A stretch of DNA of 64,000 bases from the human T2T-CHM13v2.0 reference genome, Homo sapiens, in NCBI RefSeq assembly GCF_009914755.1, contig NC_060948.1. The stretch is one strand, 5' to 3'. The translations under genes were made by a program, and so were the position numbers. Shown in pieces: positions 15,658 through 30,799 of the stretch; the stretch's first letter is position 1, and every line of letters begins with the position of its first letter. The notes beneath the pieces were generated by a model that had not been told where the DNA came from, did not search any database, and saw only the letters and a program-made list of their open reading frames with translations.

Positions 15658-16718
15658 TCACCTGTGCTTCTTATAACCAACCTCTGTCCTGAATCCTCCC
15701 TGGCCACTTTTTTCTCTCTCTCCCATCAGGAGTCCCAGTGGGATAATATACATTTCATCTTATCATTTCCTAATTCCCCCTCCTTCAATCCCTGGCCAGC
15801 AGGTGGTGCTTTTTTCTTCTTTTCAAATTGTTTCCCCAAGGTACCTCCCACGTGCTACACCCAGGGACTATAAATCCTCATTCATTCTGATGGAAGCATT
15901 TAAACCCATATCACTTCAAATTATCTCTGCTTTGGCCTCCGACAGCACTTTCTTCCTGGTTTCCTGAATTTCACTGGGTTGCTTCTTCTTGGTCTTGATC
16001 CATTTAATCATTCCTCCTTTTTCTGATCAACCAGGAGGTGACATCTCCAAAACTTCTGAGTTAGTCTTTGCACATACGTAGCCAATGCCGAATTTTCATA
16101 GGACAACTCACTGCACAGATCGTATGTCCTATGGAGGAGGCTTACTTTTACCTGATGGTAGGGGCTGTGAAAAGCCACTGAAATATTCTGTGCAAAGGTG
16201 GCCTGATCCAGGGAGTCTTTTTTAAAAGCCACACTGTGTCCAGAGTGGAGGATTTACTAAAAACTGAGTAGAGACAAGATAATGCAATTCGAAGAATACT
16301 TTCCTTAATGCAATTGAAGTAAAGGTGGCAGTAATGCTGTGGCAGTAAAGAGAGCAGTTTCTAGAAGAGAGTGATGTCAGGAAGGCAAAATCAAGGAGCC
16401 CTCAATGATGATTTGGATACAATAGATGGGAAGGAGGGAAGAATCTTTTCCTGGATTCTGCCTGGATGATGAGGGTGCCATTTACTGAGATAAGGAACTG
16501 AAGGAGAATCTAGGATGAAGAGAGAGAATATATTATTAAGCAATCAAGGTAATCTAATCACATGGTTGTTACTTGTGATTAGAATACAGGGGTCATGCAT
16601 TTTATTTTCTCAAGAATATATGATTATCTCTTATATATGTATATATTAACATATATAAGTGAAATTAGTTGAATATATGCCTATAGATAAAAGCATTTAT
16701 ATACCCAAAGTTTGTAAG

Positions 16719-18371
16719 TGATATGGTTTGGCTGTATCCCCACCCAAATCTCATTTTTTTTTTTCTTAATGTCTAGACACTTATTACCTCTGGTATTAAC
16801 TTTCTTGTTTTGCCACATTATTTCATGGAAGGTCACTTTATGCTATAAGCTGTAACATTTTTTACTTTATACTTATTTCTTTCCATAGGTTATCGGGGAA
16901 TAGGTGGTGTTATCTGGGAACAGGTGGTGTTTGGTTACATTAGTAAGTTCTTTAGTGGTGATTCGTAAGATTTTGGTGCACGATCACCCAAAAGGTATAC
17001 ACCACACCCTATTTGTTGTCTTTTATCCCTCACTCCTTCACACCCTTTCACACTGAGTCCCCAAAATGTATGCTGTCATTGTTATGTTTTTGCATCCTCA
17101 TGTCTTAGCTCACAGTATGAGTGAGAACATACCGCTTGGTTTTCCATTCCTGGGTTACATCCCTTAGAAAAACAGTTTCCAATCTCATCCAGGTTGCAAC
17201 AAATGCTATTAATTCATTTCTTTTAATGGTTGAGTTTGTGCTTGTATTCCATCACAAAAATGTGCTATTATTCCATCATAAATATACCACAGTTTCTTTA
17301 TCCACTCGATGATTGAATCGGCATTTGCTTTGATTCCATGTTTTTGCAATTGTGAATTGTGCTGCTATAAACATCCATGTGCAAATATCTTCTTTCACAT
17401 ATTGACTTATTTTCCTATGAGTAGATACCCAGTAGTGGGATTACTGGATCAAACAGTAGTTCTACTTTTCGTTATTTAAGGAATCTCCACACTGTTTTCC
17501 TTAGTGGCTGTACTAGATTACATTCCCGCCAGCAGTGTAGAAGTATTCCCTGATCACCACATCCATGTCAACATCTACAGTTTTTTGATTTCTTGATTAT
17601 GGCCATTCTTACAGGGGTAAGGTGCTATTGCATTGTGGTTTTGATTTGCATTTCCCTGATCATTAGTGATGTTGAGCATTTTTTTCATGTGTTTGTTGGC
17701 CATTTGTATATCTTCTTTTGAGAATTGTCTATTCACATCCTTGGCCCACTTTTTGATGAGATTGTTCACTTTTTTTCTTGTTGATTTGTTTGAGTTCATT
17801 GTAAACTAATAAAGGATATTAGTCCTTTGTCAGATACATAGTTTGTGAAGATTTTTTCCCATTCTGTGGGTTGTCTGTTTACTCAGATGACTGTTCTTTT
17901 TGCCAAGCAAAAGCTCTTTAGTTTAATTATGTCCCAGCAATTTATCTTTGTATTGCATTTGCTTTTGGGTTCTTGGTCATAAAATCCCTCCCTAAACCAA
18001 TGTCTAGAAGGATTTTTCCAATTTATCTTCTAGAATTTTTATAGTTTCCAGTCCACATCTCATTTTGAACTATATTTCTTATAATCCCTACATGTCATGG
18101 GAGGAACCAGTGGGAGATAAATGAATCATGGGGGTGGTTACCTCCATGCTGTTCTTATGATAGTGGGTGAGTTCACTTGAGAGCTGATGGTTTTAGAAAA
18201 GGCTTTTCGCCAACTCCATTCTGCATTTCTCTTGTCTGCTGCCATAAAAGAGGTGACTTTCCTCCTCCTTTGCCTTCTGCCATCATTGTGAGTTTGTTAA
18301 ACCTCTTTTTATTTAGAAATTGCCCAGTCTCAGGTATGTCTTTATTAACAGCATGAGAACAGACTAATATG
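16719..18371. mobile_element. THE1/MST-type MaLR solo LTR split by an L1PB insertion
   Basis: Starts TGATATGGTTTGGCTGTATCCCCACCCAAATCTCAT, resumes at ~18053 ATCTCATTTTGAAC and ends GAGAACAGACTAATA. Confidence 0.85.
16758..18052 (-). mobile_element. 5'-truncated L1PB with ~90 bp of extra 3' sequence
   Basis: L1PB-type 3'UTR (TTTCCATAGGTT...GGAACAGGTGGTGTTTGGTTACAT) from ~16860. ORF 17575..17799 is L1 ORF2-like. TSD CCAAATCTCATTTT (16744-16757) / CCACATCTCATTTT (18053-18066). Confidence 0.9.
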
Positions 18372-18640
18372 CTGTAAATAATTATAAATAAATTGGTGAC
18401 ATCTACTTATATACTATAACATATATAGTCATATATGTCATAGATTATAAATTATCACATTTTGTATTTACCACATATAAAATCATATGTATTACATTAT
18501 AAAATCTTAGAAATTATGATTTTGAAATTATATAAATGATTACAATATAGTTTATAAAATATTATATAATATCTATTATATTTATTACAGCTGTATACAT
18601 TATTTAGTGCTTTATATATTATAGACATATGAATTATATG

Positions 18641-19276
18641 TAGTGGATCCTCATTATATGAAGATTCTGCATTTACCTGTCTGCCTATTCACTAAAATGT
18701 ACTTGTGACCACAGCATCAATGCCTGGGGTGTGTTCATAGTCATTTACAGACATGTGCATTGTGAGGAAAAATCTAAGTCACCCAACAAAACACATTGTC
18801 AGCTGGGGATGAACAAGGCCACACTGCATTCTTGATTCACTTCATCCTGTAAACAAGTGTCATTTTAGCTGTCAATTTCATATCGTGTTTTTGACATGTT
18901 TATGCTTTTTCTTGTTGGTTTTGTTATGAAAATGGCCCCAAACCACAGTGCTGGAGTGCCGTGTTGTGTCCCGAAGCAAAAGAAGTCTATGGTGTGTCTT
19001 ATGGAAATAACATATGTATTAGAGAAGCTTCATTCAGGCATGAGTTCTAGTGATGTTGGCCATGAGTTCTACATGAAGGAAACAACAACGTGTATGAAGT
19101 TAGGTTTCTCTATACAGAAACAAGTAGAAAACAACATCATCTATTCATCAGCTGACAAAAATGTTGTAACCATGGGGCGCAAACAACCTAACCAATGGTT
19201 CAACGTTCACTAATTCAGTGTTTTTGTTACCTTTGTAGAATATACTGTAATGATCATGAACAATGAAAGTCAACTG
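18641..19276. mobile_element. MER82-like Tigger DNA transposon
   Basis: Degenerate terminal inverted repeats (TAGTGGATCCTCATTAT ... AATGAAAGTCAACTG, followed by TA). Contains ORF 18896..19213. Confidence 0.7.
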
Positions 19277-20049
19277 TAAATACAAATTACAGACATTTAT
19301 ATAATATAAATTAGTTCAACCAACAATCACTGAATGTCTGTATTTCAGATACCTTGTCAGGTACTAAGAAAATAGATTTAGCAAAATAATAATAATTATG
19401 TTTTCTTAACTCAGCATACTCATACTCTAGTAAAGTGATTTCCAAATTTTTTTAATGACTCCATACCTTGTATTTACAACACACTATCATAAATAATATC
19501 TTTCAATATTTCATCACACAGAGCTATTCTCATCTAAAATTTTGACTTGGAAAAGAATAGCTAACAGGATGGACGGTGATTGCATTCATGGAGAAATGAG
19601 TCAGAGGATGTAATGAGTACAGCATTTTCTTGAGTGTAAGATTCATATGGGACATCTGTGTAGGGAACTTCATCCTATAGCTCAGAAATGAAATCTGGGG
19701 TGATGTTACAGATTTTGTGTCATCATTGCACCAAAGTATCTGGGAGGAATGTGCTTAGTGAGAATATAAGGGTGATGATGACACGAGATAGAGGTATCTA
19801 GGTGGGATTAAAGGAGAAAAAATGAGTTAAGACTAAAGAGAGCTTTCCCAGAAGATAAAGATGTCCCAAAAACCAAAGGGGAACAGAACTTTTTATGAGA
19901 AGAAGTTAGGAATGTCACAGTCACAGAGATCAAAGTAAGAGAAGGATTGTAAAGCTCTTAGGGAATTTGCCAATGTGGAAGTTACTGTAACCTGAGAGAA
20001 AGAGGTTCCCCAGAATGTAGACTGCATATGGAAGGAAAAAAGTGGGAAA

Positions 20050-20630
20050 AAGAGTTTTGGAAAACAGTCTAGCAGTTTCTGAAAGCTTAAACATAGAGTT
20101 CCCACAGGACCCAGCAATTCCACTCCTAGGTCTATACTCAATAGAAATGAAAACATACCTATAAGAAAACATGTACATGGATGTTCATAGTAGCACTATT
20201 CATAGTAGCTTAAAAGTGAAAACATCCCAAATGTCCGTCAACTGATGAATGGATAAATAAAATGTGGTCTATACATACAATGGAACATTATTCAGTCATA
20301 CAAATGCATGAATCACTAATAAATGCTGCAACATGAATGAACCTTCAAAACATTATGCTAAGTGAAAGTAGCCACATGTTGTATGATTCAATTTTTAAGA
20401 AACATAAGAGACAGAATGTAAATAATTTGTTGCTTACCATTAGGGAAAGGCAATGAATGCTAATAGGCAGAGGGTTGAATGAATGCTAATGGGCACAGGG
20501 TTTCTTTTGGGAATGCTGAAAATATTCGGGAAGTAGAGAGTGGGGATGGTTGCACAACTTTGTGAATAAAAGCCACTGAATTGCACACTTTATTAATGAT
20601 ATGGAATGTATTTTATATTTAAATAAAGCT
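20050..20630 (+). mobile_element. Old L1M (L1MB-like) 3' end
   Basis: GACCCAGCAATTCCACTCCTAGG...AACATTATGCTAAGTGAAAG...GATGGTTGCACAAC...AATAAAGCTG. Confidence 0.85.
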
Positions 20631-20804
20631 GCCCACCTTTTTCCTCATGGGAGGAAGTGAACATTATTATGATTGAATTTGACTCTAAGTGGCTGACCAT
20701 AAAGAGCAGAGGAGATGTCATAGCAGTAGCTAGATGAAGATGTGTAACAGATGAAGAGACAGATACTTTTAAAATAGAAAGGATTTAGTTTCCTGTGTGT
20801 GGGT

Positions 20805-21117
20805 TTTTCTTTCTTTTTTTTTTTTTTTTTTGAGACGGAGTCTTGCTCTGTCCCCCAGGCTGGAGTGCAGTGGTGTGATCTTGGCTCACTGCAAACTCTG
20901 CCTCCCAGGTTCATGCCATACTCCTGCCTCAGCCTCCTGAGTAGCTGGGACTGCAGGTGCCTGCCACCACGCCTGGCTAATTTTGTGTGTGTGTGTTTAG
21001 TAGAGATGGGGTTTCGCCATGTTAGCCAGGATGGTCTTGATCTCCTGAGCTAGTGATCCTGACCTGCCTCTGCCTCCTACACTGCTGGGACTACAGGTGT
21101 AAGCCACTGTGCCTGGC
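20805..21117 (-). mobile_element. Alu (Y/Sc-like, CpG-decayed)
   Basis: Poly(T) tail, GTTCATGCCAT..CTCCTGCC, GTTAGCCAGGATGGTCT. Confidence 0.93.
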
Positions 21118-22002
21118 TTATTTGGTTGTTATTACTTTGGGATGAAATATATATAATTATATAATTGGGGGGATAATTAAGAAGATATGGCAAGAAAAAC
21201 TGAGAAAAAAAAGGAAAAAATAAGATTTTAACAGCAGAGATAGTTATCCTAGACTATAGGAACAATACTTCATCCACGAGATCAGAAGGAAGGAGTTCAA
21301 GTGGGAAGACTTGTAGATCATGGGATACAGACAAGGTATAGGGAATAGCAAAACACGAAGTGTCCTCGCACCACGTAGATACTATGTTCCCCACAAAGTA
21401 GAGAATAGATTATCCTGAGAGCAGAGCAAAGACAGAGGAGGTGAGAATGCCTTGAGCAAAGTGATGAGGATTTAGTATTACTACCCCAAGGAACACAAAA
21501 GGGGATCATTGTGGACAAGATTGTTGATGGCATTGGGTTATATAAATTGGAAGCAGATAAAGCTGGATGATCCCAGTCCCCTACAAATACTGAGCAGTTA
21601 GTCTAAGAAGCTAATTGGTTCTCTTAGCCGTTAACATGGTCAACATATTTTCAGCCAGGGTCAAGAAATTTATGGGGTGTAGGAAACAGAAATGAGAGTT
21701 AAGGGAATCCATAGTGCTAGGGAGAAGAAAGCTGAAATGAAAAACTTCAGATGAAAAATGGAAGAAAATAAAGATGTTTTTCATGGGGAGTGGCAGGTTG
21801 AAACAAGTAGCAAGGCCGACTTGGACAGAGGAAACCATCAGGAACCAGATATACTGATAAAGCCAAAATTTATCAGCAACAGAGATAAACTATTCCCCCC
21901 ACAGTCCAGAAGAAAAATCAAGGAGAAATGAGTGTGATAACTGTTTTCGCAAGAGGTGCAATGGGCTATATATTTTTCATTTTGATTTATGAATTTAAAA
22001 GT

Positions 22003-22295
22003 CTGACTGGGCACATGGCTTCCATTTGTAATCACAGCACTTTGGGAGGCCAAGATGGTGGATCACTTGAGGTCAGGAGTTTGAGACCAGCCTGTCCAAC
22101 ATGATGAAATCTGGTCTCTATGAAAAATGCAAAAATTAGCCAGGTGTGGTGGCACGCACCTGTAATCCCAGCTACTTAGAAGGCTGAGGCAGGAGAACTT
22201 GCTTGAACCTGGGAGACACAGGTTGCAGTAAGCTGAGAACACACCACTATACTCCAGCCTGGGTGACAGAGTGAGACTCCATCTGAAAAATAAAA
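22003..22295 (+). mobile_element. AluS
   Basis: Two-arm Alu flanked by AAGTCTGA on both sides. Confidence 0.93.
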
Positions 22296-22849
22296 TGAAG
22301 TCTGAACAAGGTTATGCAGAAAATGGTAGACCCTTAAATTCAGACACATTCATTTGAATGCAAAGAAGAGAGAGATATCACTGGGCAGGAAAACAATGGA
22401 AGTTGATTTACATATGTTTCTTAATGCAAAAATTATGCATTTTAGGTTTCACTAAGCAATATGTCATTAAATGTTGGTAGGCAGGTCTTGTTTTGAACAG
22501 TAAGTTTGTGCTACCACCCTTTCTGCAAGTACTGTAAGTTCAACTCAGTATGATCGCTTTCCAGTGAGACCCAATGCTTCAGCATTTGATTTGCCTTAGT
22601 GACATGAGATGATATCAGTTCCCTCAAATGGACATCGTTTTGATGTGGATCATTAAGAGTTATTTTCTATGTTCTTGAGAGGGGATGCACTGAGAGATAC
22701 ATTTCCCATGAACTGTTCTGGAAAATAACTGTGTAAATTTAGAGAGGGTTGGGACAATATACTCACTTCTCAGAGAAATATCTGTCTTCACACACACAAA
22801 AAATCTCACTGTCAAGCTACTCTGGTTAATCGGTAATGAAACAAAACGA

Positions 22850-23155
22850 GGCTGAAGGCAGTGGTTCATGCCTGTAATCACAGCACTTTGGAAGGCTGAG
22901 ACAGGAGAATCACTTGAGCCCAGGAGTTTGAGACCAGCCTGGATAACATAGTGTGACATAGTCTCTACAAAAAAAAAAAAAAAAATTTAATCAGCCAGAC
23001 ATGGTAGTATGCATCTATGGTCCCAGATACTTAGGAGACTGAAATGGGAGGATCTCTTAAACCACGGGAGTTGAGGCTGCAGTGAGCTGTGATGGCGTCA
23101 CCACATGCCATCCTAGGCACAAAGTGATATCCTTCTCAAAACAAAGAAAGAAATG
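22850..23155 (+). mobile_element. AluJ-type
   Basis: CTTGAGCCCAGGAGTTTGAGACC and an expanded middle A-run. Confidence 0.9.
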
Positions 23156-23761
23156 AAACTAAGCATTAAAAATAAGCGTATCCTTGGCTCAGTTAGCAAC
23201 TAGAACAGACATTTTGCAAAGCATTCTTAATGTAAGTAAGGCAATATTAGATGATGGGTCATGTCATTACATGACAAAGACCTGACATGGATTTTCTACC
23301 ATGTTTCTAGTCAATCCTAGTGCAGTAGATGGAGACATACAGACACAATTCTAGAGTAGTGTCCATCACCTGTAGTAAGGCAGAGCCCCCTCAGAACCAA
23401 CTGGCTCTGTACAGACAAATCATGGGCAAGATGGCAGCCAAATCACTATAGTTGCTCTGGGCAATGTTGAAGAGACCTGCCCCATCAACGTGGGGGTGGC
23501 AATCAGAAAGACATGATGAAATACAGAATCTAGACATGTAGCACAGCCTTCCACCATAGTGATGAAATTGCTGCACATGTAGGATATGATCACTGGCTAA
23601 GTGCCTGGTTCCAAATACAAGCAGAGATTCCAGGTGGAGATATGAAACCACAAATAGCCCCTGGCCCTGCAAAAATGTTCACTCCTGCTAATCAGAGGAC
23701 AGATTCTATGAAATGTCAGCCTGATTCTTGGCTGTGAGCTTCCCTACTTAAACAGTCTCTG

Positions 23762-24089
<328 letters not shown>

Positions 24090-26920
24090 AGTCTCTGACA
24101 AATATGGCATTCCACATTATAAAAGGAAATTTTAGAAATACATATATCTTGTCATTTCATGGGAGCCTAAAGAGTCAGCTGTTCTCTTGTTTTCCTGGGT
24201 CATAATTTGGTTTCTGTGCAATCAGCCTAATTACATATTTCAGCGCCTTTAGGAACTGTAGTGGGAGTCCACACAAGTGGGACATTTTCCTTTATTTTTC
24301 ATTGGTTTACTTGTTGATACTTTCTCTAGTCAAGTTTTTTGTGCTTCATCTGTTATGCCATGAATCTATAGAAAGTAGATTCTAACACCAAGCATCTTAC
24401 AGTTGGTTCTCATGAAGAGTTCTCTGCAGAGAGCAGAGATTTTCAACTTTGACATTGGTGACATTTGGGCCCACATAATCTTTGGCTTATAAGGAGCTGT
24501 CCTGTGCATTGTAAGATGTTTAACAGCACCTTGACCTCTACCCACCAGATGCCAGTAGCACCTCTCCCCATGTAGTGCAAACCAAAAATGATTCCAGATA
24601 TGGTCAGATGTCCAGATATGGTCAGAAGGCAAAAATCACCTTTGGTTGGGAAGCACTGGCATTGAGTACGTTGGCATTTAGTCTGTAGGTAATTTTCCCT
24701 GTTGCTTTCACGGTTTTATTCTAATCCTGTCCTATGCCTTAAGACACATTCCCCAACTCTAGGATAGCTGAATATGCAACATAGTTACATGAATTCTGTT
24801 GGCAAAAGTACTGGCCTTATTGTGTTTGTTTATAACGATGCCGCCAACAAGCTCTGAGGCATTATGGACGCTTCTCATTCGCCATGGCAACATTGAGCAG
24901 TGCTCGCTAACAGTCTGCAACAGTCTGCATGCACTTGATATTGACCATGGCACCCTAGTTGTCAGTTCAGAGGGAAGTGGCCAAAAGCACATTGCCGTGT
25001 TGACAGAACCTTCCCTCTTCTTCTCCTTGTGTTGCTGATGATTTTTCTTTATTGATATTATTTATTTAGGTCTTTTTCTTTAAAGTGAATTGCTGGAGGT
25101 TGGCAGATCCAACTGTGGGGCAACACCACATTTCTACAAAGTATTCAGGACCAGAGTCAAGACACTACCCATGTCAGCTAACTTGTATATATAAAGGAAG
25201 AGTGCTGACATTTGCTCAGTTGTCCCTCTCTTCTTGACTGGGAATGAATTTGTCCCCTCCTGTCTGTCAACCACGCTCTGAGTTGAGCACCAAGGTCTGA
25301 TTTTTCTCTTAGCCCTAGAGACTCTGTCCAGCCTCAATCCACTGGAGTTTTATGGCCTGAATATGATGTTGATGTGAAGAACAAACCTCAGCCGCTGGGC
25401 AAGGTAGATCTCACATTTCCAGATTGCCAAGAAGTTGGTGGAAGACATTGCTCCAGTTAAACTAGGCACTCTGCTCATATTTCTCTAGGTAATATTCATG
25501 GGAATCTATTTCTACCAATACAGAATGCATTCTATCTGCACTCGGTGGTAGTTTTGGTTTTAGGCAACGATGCTTTCTTGTTTATTCTTTTATCAATTAA
25601 ATATCCAAAGTCAGGAAAGACAGACCCTTTTTGCAAAGCCACAGGTTTAAAATCAGTCCAAGGTTTCAAAATCTGGTAAGTTTTTCCCTTGAGGCAGGCA
25701 CACGTCATGGACAAAAAGATACCTGTTTTCTTCTTAAACTTATTCTCCCTTATTTTTAACATGGAGATTTTTAAACCTGTGGGACATTTCGTTATAAAAT
25801 TACCATCAAATTAATAAGTATCGCTACCACCCACACTTGTCGTATGGTAATGATTTAGGATTATTAGCAGATTAGACTTAAATACATTTTAATGGAAAAA
25901 TAAGATTGAGGCTGAGCTTGATTCATATTGTAAGGTCATGGATTACATAATTCTTACTATGTGTAGATGAGAATAGCTGTAGTAAACCTAGGTCTCTACC
26001 ACCACCTAGGTCTATGATCAAATGTAAGTTAGTTTTTGCTTTTTTTTTTCCTCCAGGACCCAGTTCCTTCATTTCAATATTGGACTACAGCCAGTTCTAA
26101 CCCCCTATCATTGTTTAGATGATTCAATGAGATAGGGCATGTCAAGTGCCTAGGATGGCACATGGTATGGGATGGATTTGTATAAACCCTGTGGAATTAG
26201 CATTATTCCTGTAGGATCTTATTCCCTTTTCCTTCACAATCTCTCCCCTGCATGGCATGAAAGACAAGGGACTTACAGTCTGTAGAGGATCTACCCTGAT
26301 GGTTTTCATGACAAAGAATGTGCAAAGTATCTAGCAGTTACCTGGCTCCACTAAGAATAGGGCCCTGGCATTCTTCCTCATTTACAACCTCTTTGACACT
26401 ATATTCTGAGCCCTTTGTGAATACTTAGTCTATTTCCTTTATACATCCCACACCCCAGTGCTTAATGCTGACAGTGCTATTTCTTCTCTGGCTTGAAGCC
26501 CTATCCTCCTTCATTAATTATAGCTCATTCAGGGCCACCACAAGTGGTATGCTCACATAGGGCTGCAACCTTGTCATTTCTAGTATTTAAAACAGTGTCC
26601 TTTACAAAATGGGCATTCAGTGAAGAGCAGCCAGGAAAATCAATAGATACGGAATGTAAAAAAAAAAAAATCCTAATAGGATTTTTCTTGGGGAACTGGA
26701 TTGAGATGCTAAATGGGTTTGGAATGAAAGCAAGCCACCCAACATAGAAGCTCTGTTGCCTTCTCTTCAGTGCTGTGGTGATGGTAGGTCGTCTTCACCA
26801 GAAGAGGAACAATTACATTACTGAGATTACCTGGGATATAAGGGAAGTCCTTGTATGACTTTTATGAGTCAAATGAGAGTATTTTCAAGAAAAGGCAAGC
26901 CATTTATTCTTCCTGCACCT

Positions 26921-27228
26921 GGCCAGGTGCGGTGGTTTACACCTGTAGTCCAGCCACAGGCATGGGAGTCTGAGATGCATGGATGGCTTTGAGGCCAGGA
27001 GTTCGAGACCAGAGTAAGCAGCATGGCAAAACCCCATCTCTGCAAAAAGTGCAAAAGTTAGCTGGGTGAAGTGGCATATGCCTGTAGTCCCACCTACTCC
27101 AGAGGCTGAGGGGGGAGGGTCGATTGAGTCAGAGAGATTGAAACTGCAGTGAGCTGAGATCACACCACTGCACTCCAGCCTGGGACACAGAGCGGATCTT
27201 ATATCAAAAAATATATAAAATAAAATAA
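26921..27228 (+). mobile_element. AluJ-type with TSD
   Basis: ATTCTTCCTGCACCT on both sides. Explains ORF 26885..27277. Confidence 0.92.
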
Positions 27229-27845
27229 AGCCATTCTTCCTGCACCTATGATAAGAGAATCTTGACCCAATGGTCAAGGTATAGGATTTAATGTATGTTA
27301 AAGATAAACTTATTTTTAAATGTCTTCAGACTGGTTCAGTTTTCTTTTGAAAACATCATACTCACAACATTGAGGGATTACCTGATGCCCAAGATGTTAA
27401 AAATTAAATCAATCAGTGGCTTTGAAAGTTCACTTTTTACCTTCATTTGCATTATTATAATGAATATATTTCAACATTTTTTCTCCTGTTGGCTGAGAAT
27501 AGAACTTCAAAAAATGTCATACATGACAAAGATTGTTGGGAGGGCGAGGAGAAAAGAGAATGAATGAGTGAGGAAATGAGTGAAGGATTTCTGAAAATAA
27601 ATGACAAACATCTCTGAATGTAGTAAACAGATGACAGGCAGAAGAAATAAATTTCAAAATAAGAAAAATGAATCCTTAAAATAGCAGAAGAAAGAACTGG
27701 CTTGAGAATAGTTTTTTAAAGAAGAGTATGTTTTAATATAATGTTTCTTATTATAAAAATAATTCTTCTTGTAAAGCATTTAGCAAACATAGAAAAGCAC
27801 ACAGGTGGAGTCAAAATCATTCAGAGGCCACCCTGGAGAACACCA

Positions 27846-27915
27846 CTGAAAAACAACTAGCAATTAATTAGAAATTTTAATAAAATGGCTAAATATAAAA
27901 TAAATATAATAAAAA
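27846..27915 (+). repeat. Dispersed direct repeat, copy 1 (partner 29890-29959)
   Basis: 59-bp exact match 27846-27904 = 29890-29948, then one mismatch and 10 more matches. Confidence 0.95.
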
Positions 27916-28201
27916 CACTTTAATGCTTTTGGATATTTATTTCTAGTTCCCCTTATATTCCTTTATTTTTTTAAAATGAGGGCATACTCTAAAAATAATT
28001 TTAGGTTCTACTGTTTTTCATTCAATATTATATTGTGAGCATTTTCCTATGTAAAATAACATTTGAAAATATTATTTTAGTAGCTATGCCAGTATTAACA
28101 AACCACAGCCCATGGTCAAACACTGTCTCACTGCCCATGAGTAAGTATGGCTTTTACATGTTGAAGTTGCTTTTAAAAATAAAAATAAAAAATAATATTT
28201 T

Positions 28202-28470
28202 GGCCAGGCACAATGGCTTATCCCTATAATCCCAGCACTTTTGGAGGCTGAGATGGGTGGATCACTTGAGGACAGGATCCACTGGATCATTCGAGACCAG
28301 TCTGGCCAGCATGGCAAAACCCCATCTCTACTAAAAATAAGAAAATTAGCCAGGCTTGGTGATGTGTACCTGTGGTCCCCATTACTCAGGAGGTTAAGAT
28401 GGGAGAATTGCTTGAACCTAGAAGATGGAGGTTGCAGTGAGCACAGATTGTACCTTGTCTTTAAAAAAAA
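28202..28470 (+). mobile_element. Alu with right-arm deletion, inside a MER33-like DNA transposon (~28100-28680)
   Basis: Alu arms with no CCAGCCTGGG segment. The flanks join into hAT-type sequence. Confidence 0.8.
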
Positions 28471-29839
28471 ACTTCATGACACCTTAAAATTATATGAAAT
28501 TCAAATTTAAAGGAAATTTTATTAGAGCACAAACACACCTATTTATTTCTATATTATTGATTATTGCTGCTTTTGAGATGCAAGGGTAGAACTGAATAAT
28601 TGTGAGAGAGAACATAGGTCCCTCAAAGCCTAAAATAGTCACTATTTAGTCTCTTACAGAAAGTATCCTAACCCCAGACTATGTAACAACATGACCTCTG
28701 TTTATATCAAAGCTTGGTTAAACGCTTCCCTATCATTGAGCACCATGGAGTTTTTGTTGTTTTTGCTGTTTTAAATAACATTGTTGTGAATGTTCTTGAC
28801 TTAAATTATGGTTGACATCTGTGAATATTTTTCTAAGTAATTAATTATGGATCAATGGTCATGGACATTTTTATACCTCTGGATGTATTATCCTTTAGAA
28901 AGGCAGAATGGTGTGATACCATGTTTCAACAGCAAGAGTGTTTACAAGAAAGTGGGGTTCTGAACTGGACCATGATGTTTTCCTACGTAGAGACTTATGT
29001 TTTCAAACAACACACAACTAAACATTATTGGCTCATGTCTTTCTCTTTCTAGAATTCTTTCAACTCTTTATCATGGTATTGGGAGTTAGAAAATAAATCA
29101 TATCTTGCTTGTCTCACCCATCGAAAGTGTAGCAAAATTTCCATCTTCATATCCAGCAGGGATTTTAACTCAGAAAATTATCCCTTGGCTTGTCTGACCT
29201 TCGGAGATTAATCAAACTAGGCAGACATCAGGAAATAGGATGGTAAAGGCAGAGAGATCCCTGCTAAATCGACATAGAATTAGATAAGCAGGGGGCAAGG
29301 CAGAGGACACCCCATTGTGGTCTTGGCAGCCCAGGTTATAAATAATTTAAATTTCGGTGCAAGGCAGCTGTTGAAATGGGATATCAGAAACAATATCAGG
29401 CCACCCTGGACATAATCATGGTCTCATGAATTTGCTGAGTGAAAATGGCTTATTGGCCATGTGGGTTTCTTCTGTCAGTTCCCCATCTTTCTACTGTGGG
29501 AGTTTATCATGTTGGCCTTGCTTTGTAAGATTTCTTTACATTTTAAGAATATAAACACTTGTCTACAAGTGCAATGTATGTAGAGTTTCTATGTATTTTC
29601 CATGGGTTTTTGATATGTATGGCTTGCATGTCAGAAACGTGGGTTAAACAAGGCTAGTTGGGCCCTTAAATCCAGGACTTCTCAAAGCCTTAAGTATGAT
29701 ACATTGAATGTGAATCAGCAGGTGACAAATTTAAATGTAACATTTATCAAAATCATTGACTATGGGCATGTTTGTTTACTAGGCATATTTCAGAATATTC
29801 CTGAATCTGTTTTGTAACTAAAATTTGGGCATCTGTTGT

Positions 29840-30640
<801 letters not shown>

Positions 30641-30799
30641 AACCTTAAAAACATTAGTGAGAAATGACTGAGATGTGATAGAAACATATTTTACACAGAA
30701 GGATCACAGAAAGTCCACCCAGCCTTAGCGAGGAAGATACCAGACTCCCTTTTGGGGCATGTGATGTGAGCTGTAATTAACAATTAGGGATAAAACAAC

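Noticed and set aside
18380-18640. AT-rich quasi-palindromic stretch (also 38755-38805)
   Set aside because: Low-complexity TA sequence, so the symmetry is expected from composition.
23391-23672. 93-aa minus-strand ORF in non-repeat sequence
   Set aside because: No recognisable homology, non-ATG start and no convincing splice sites.
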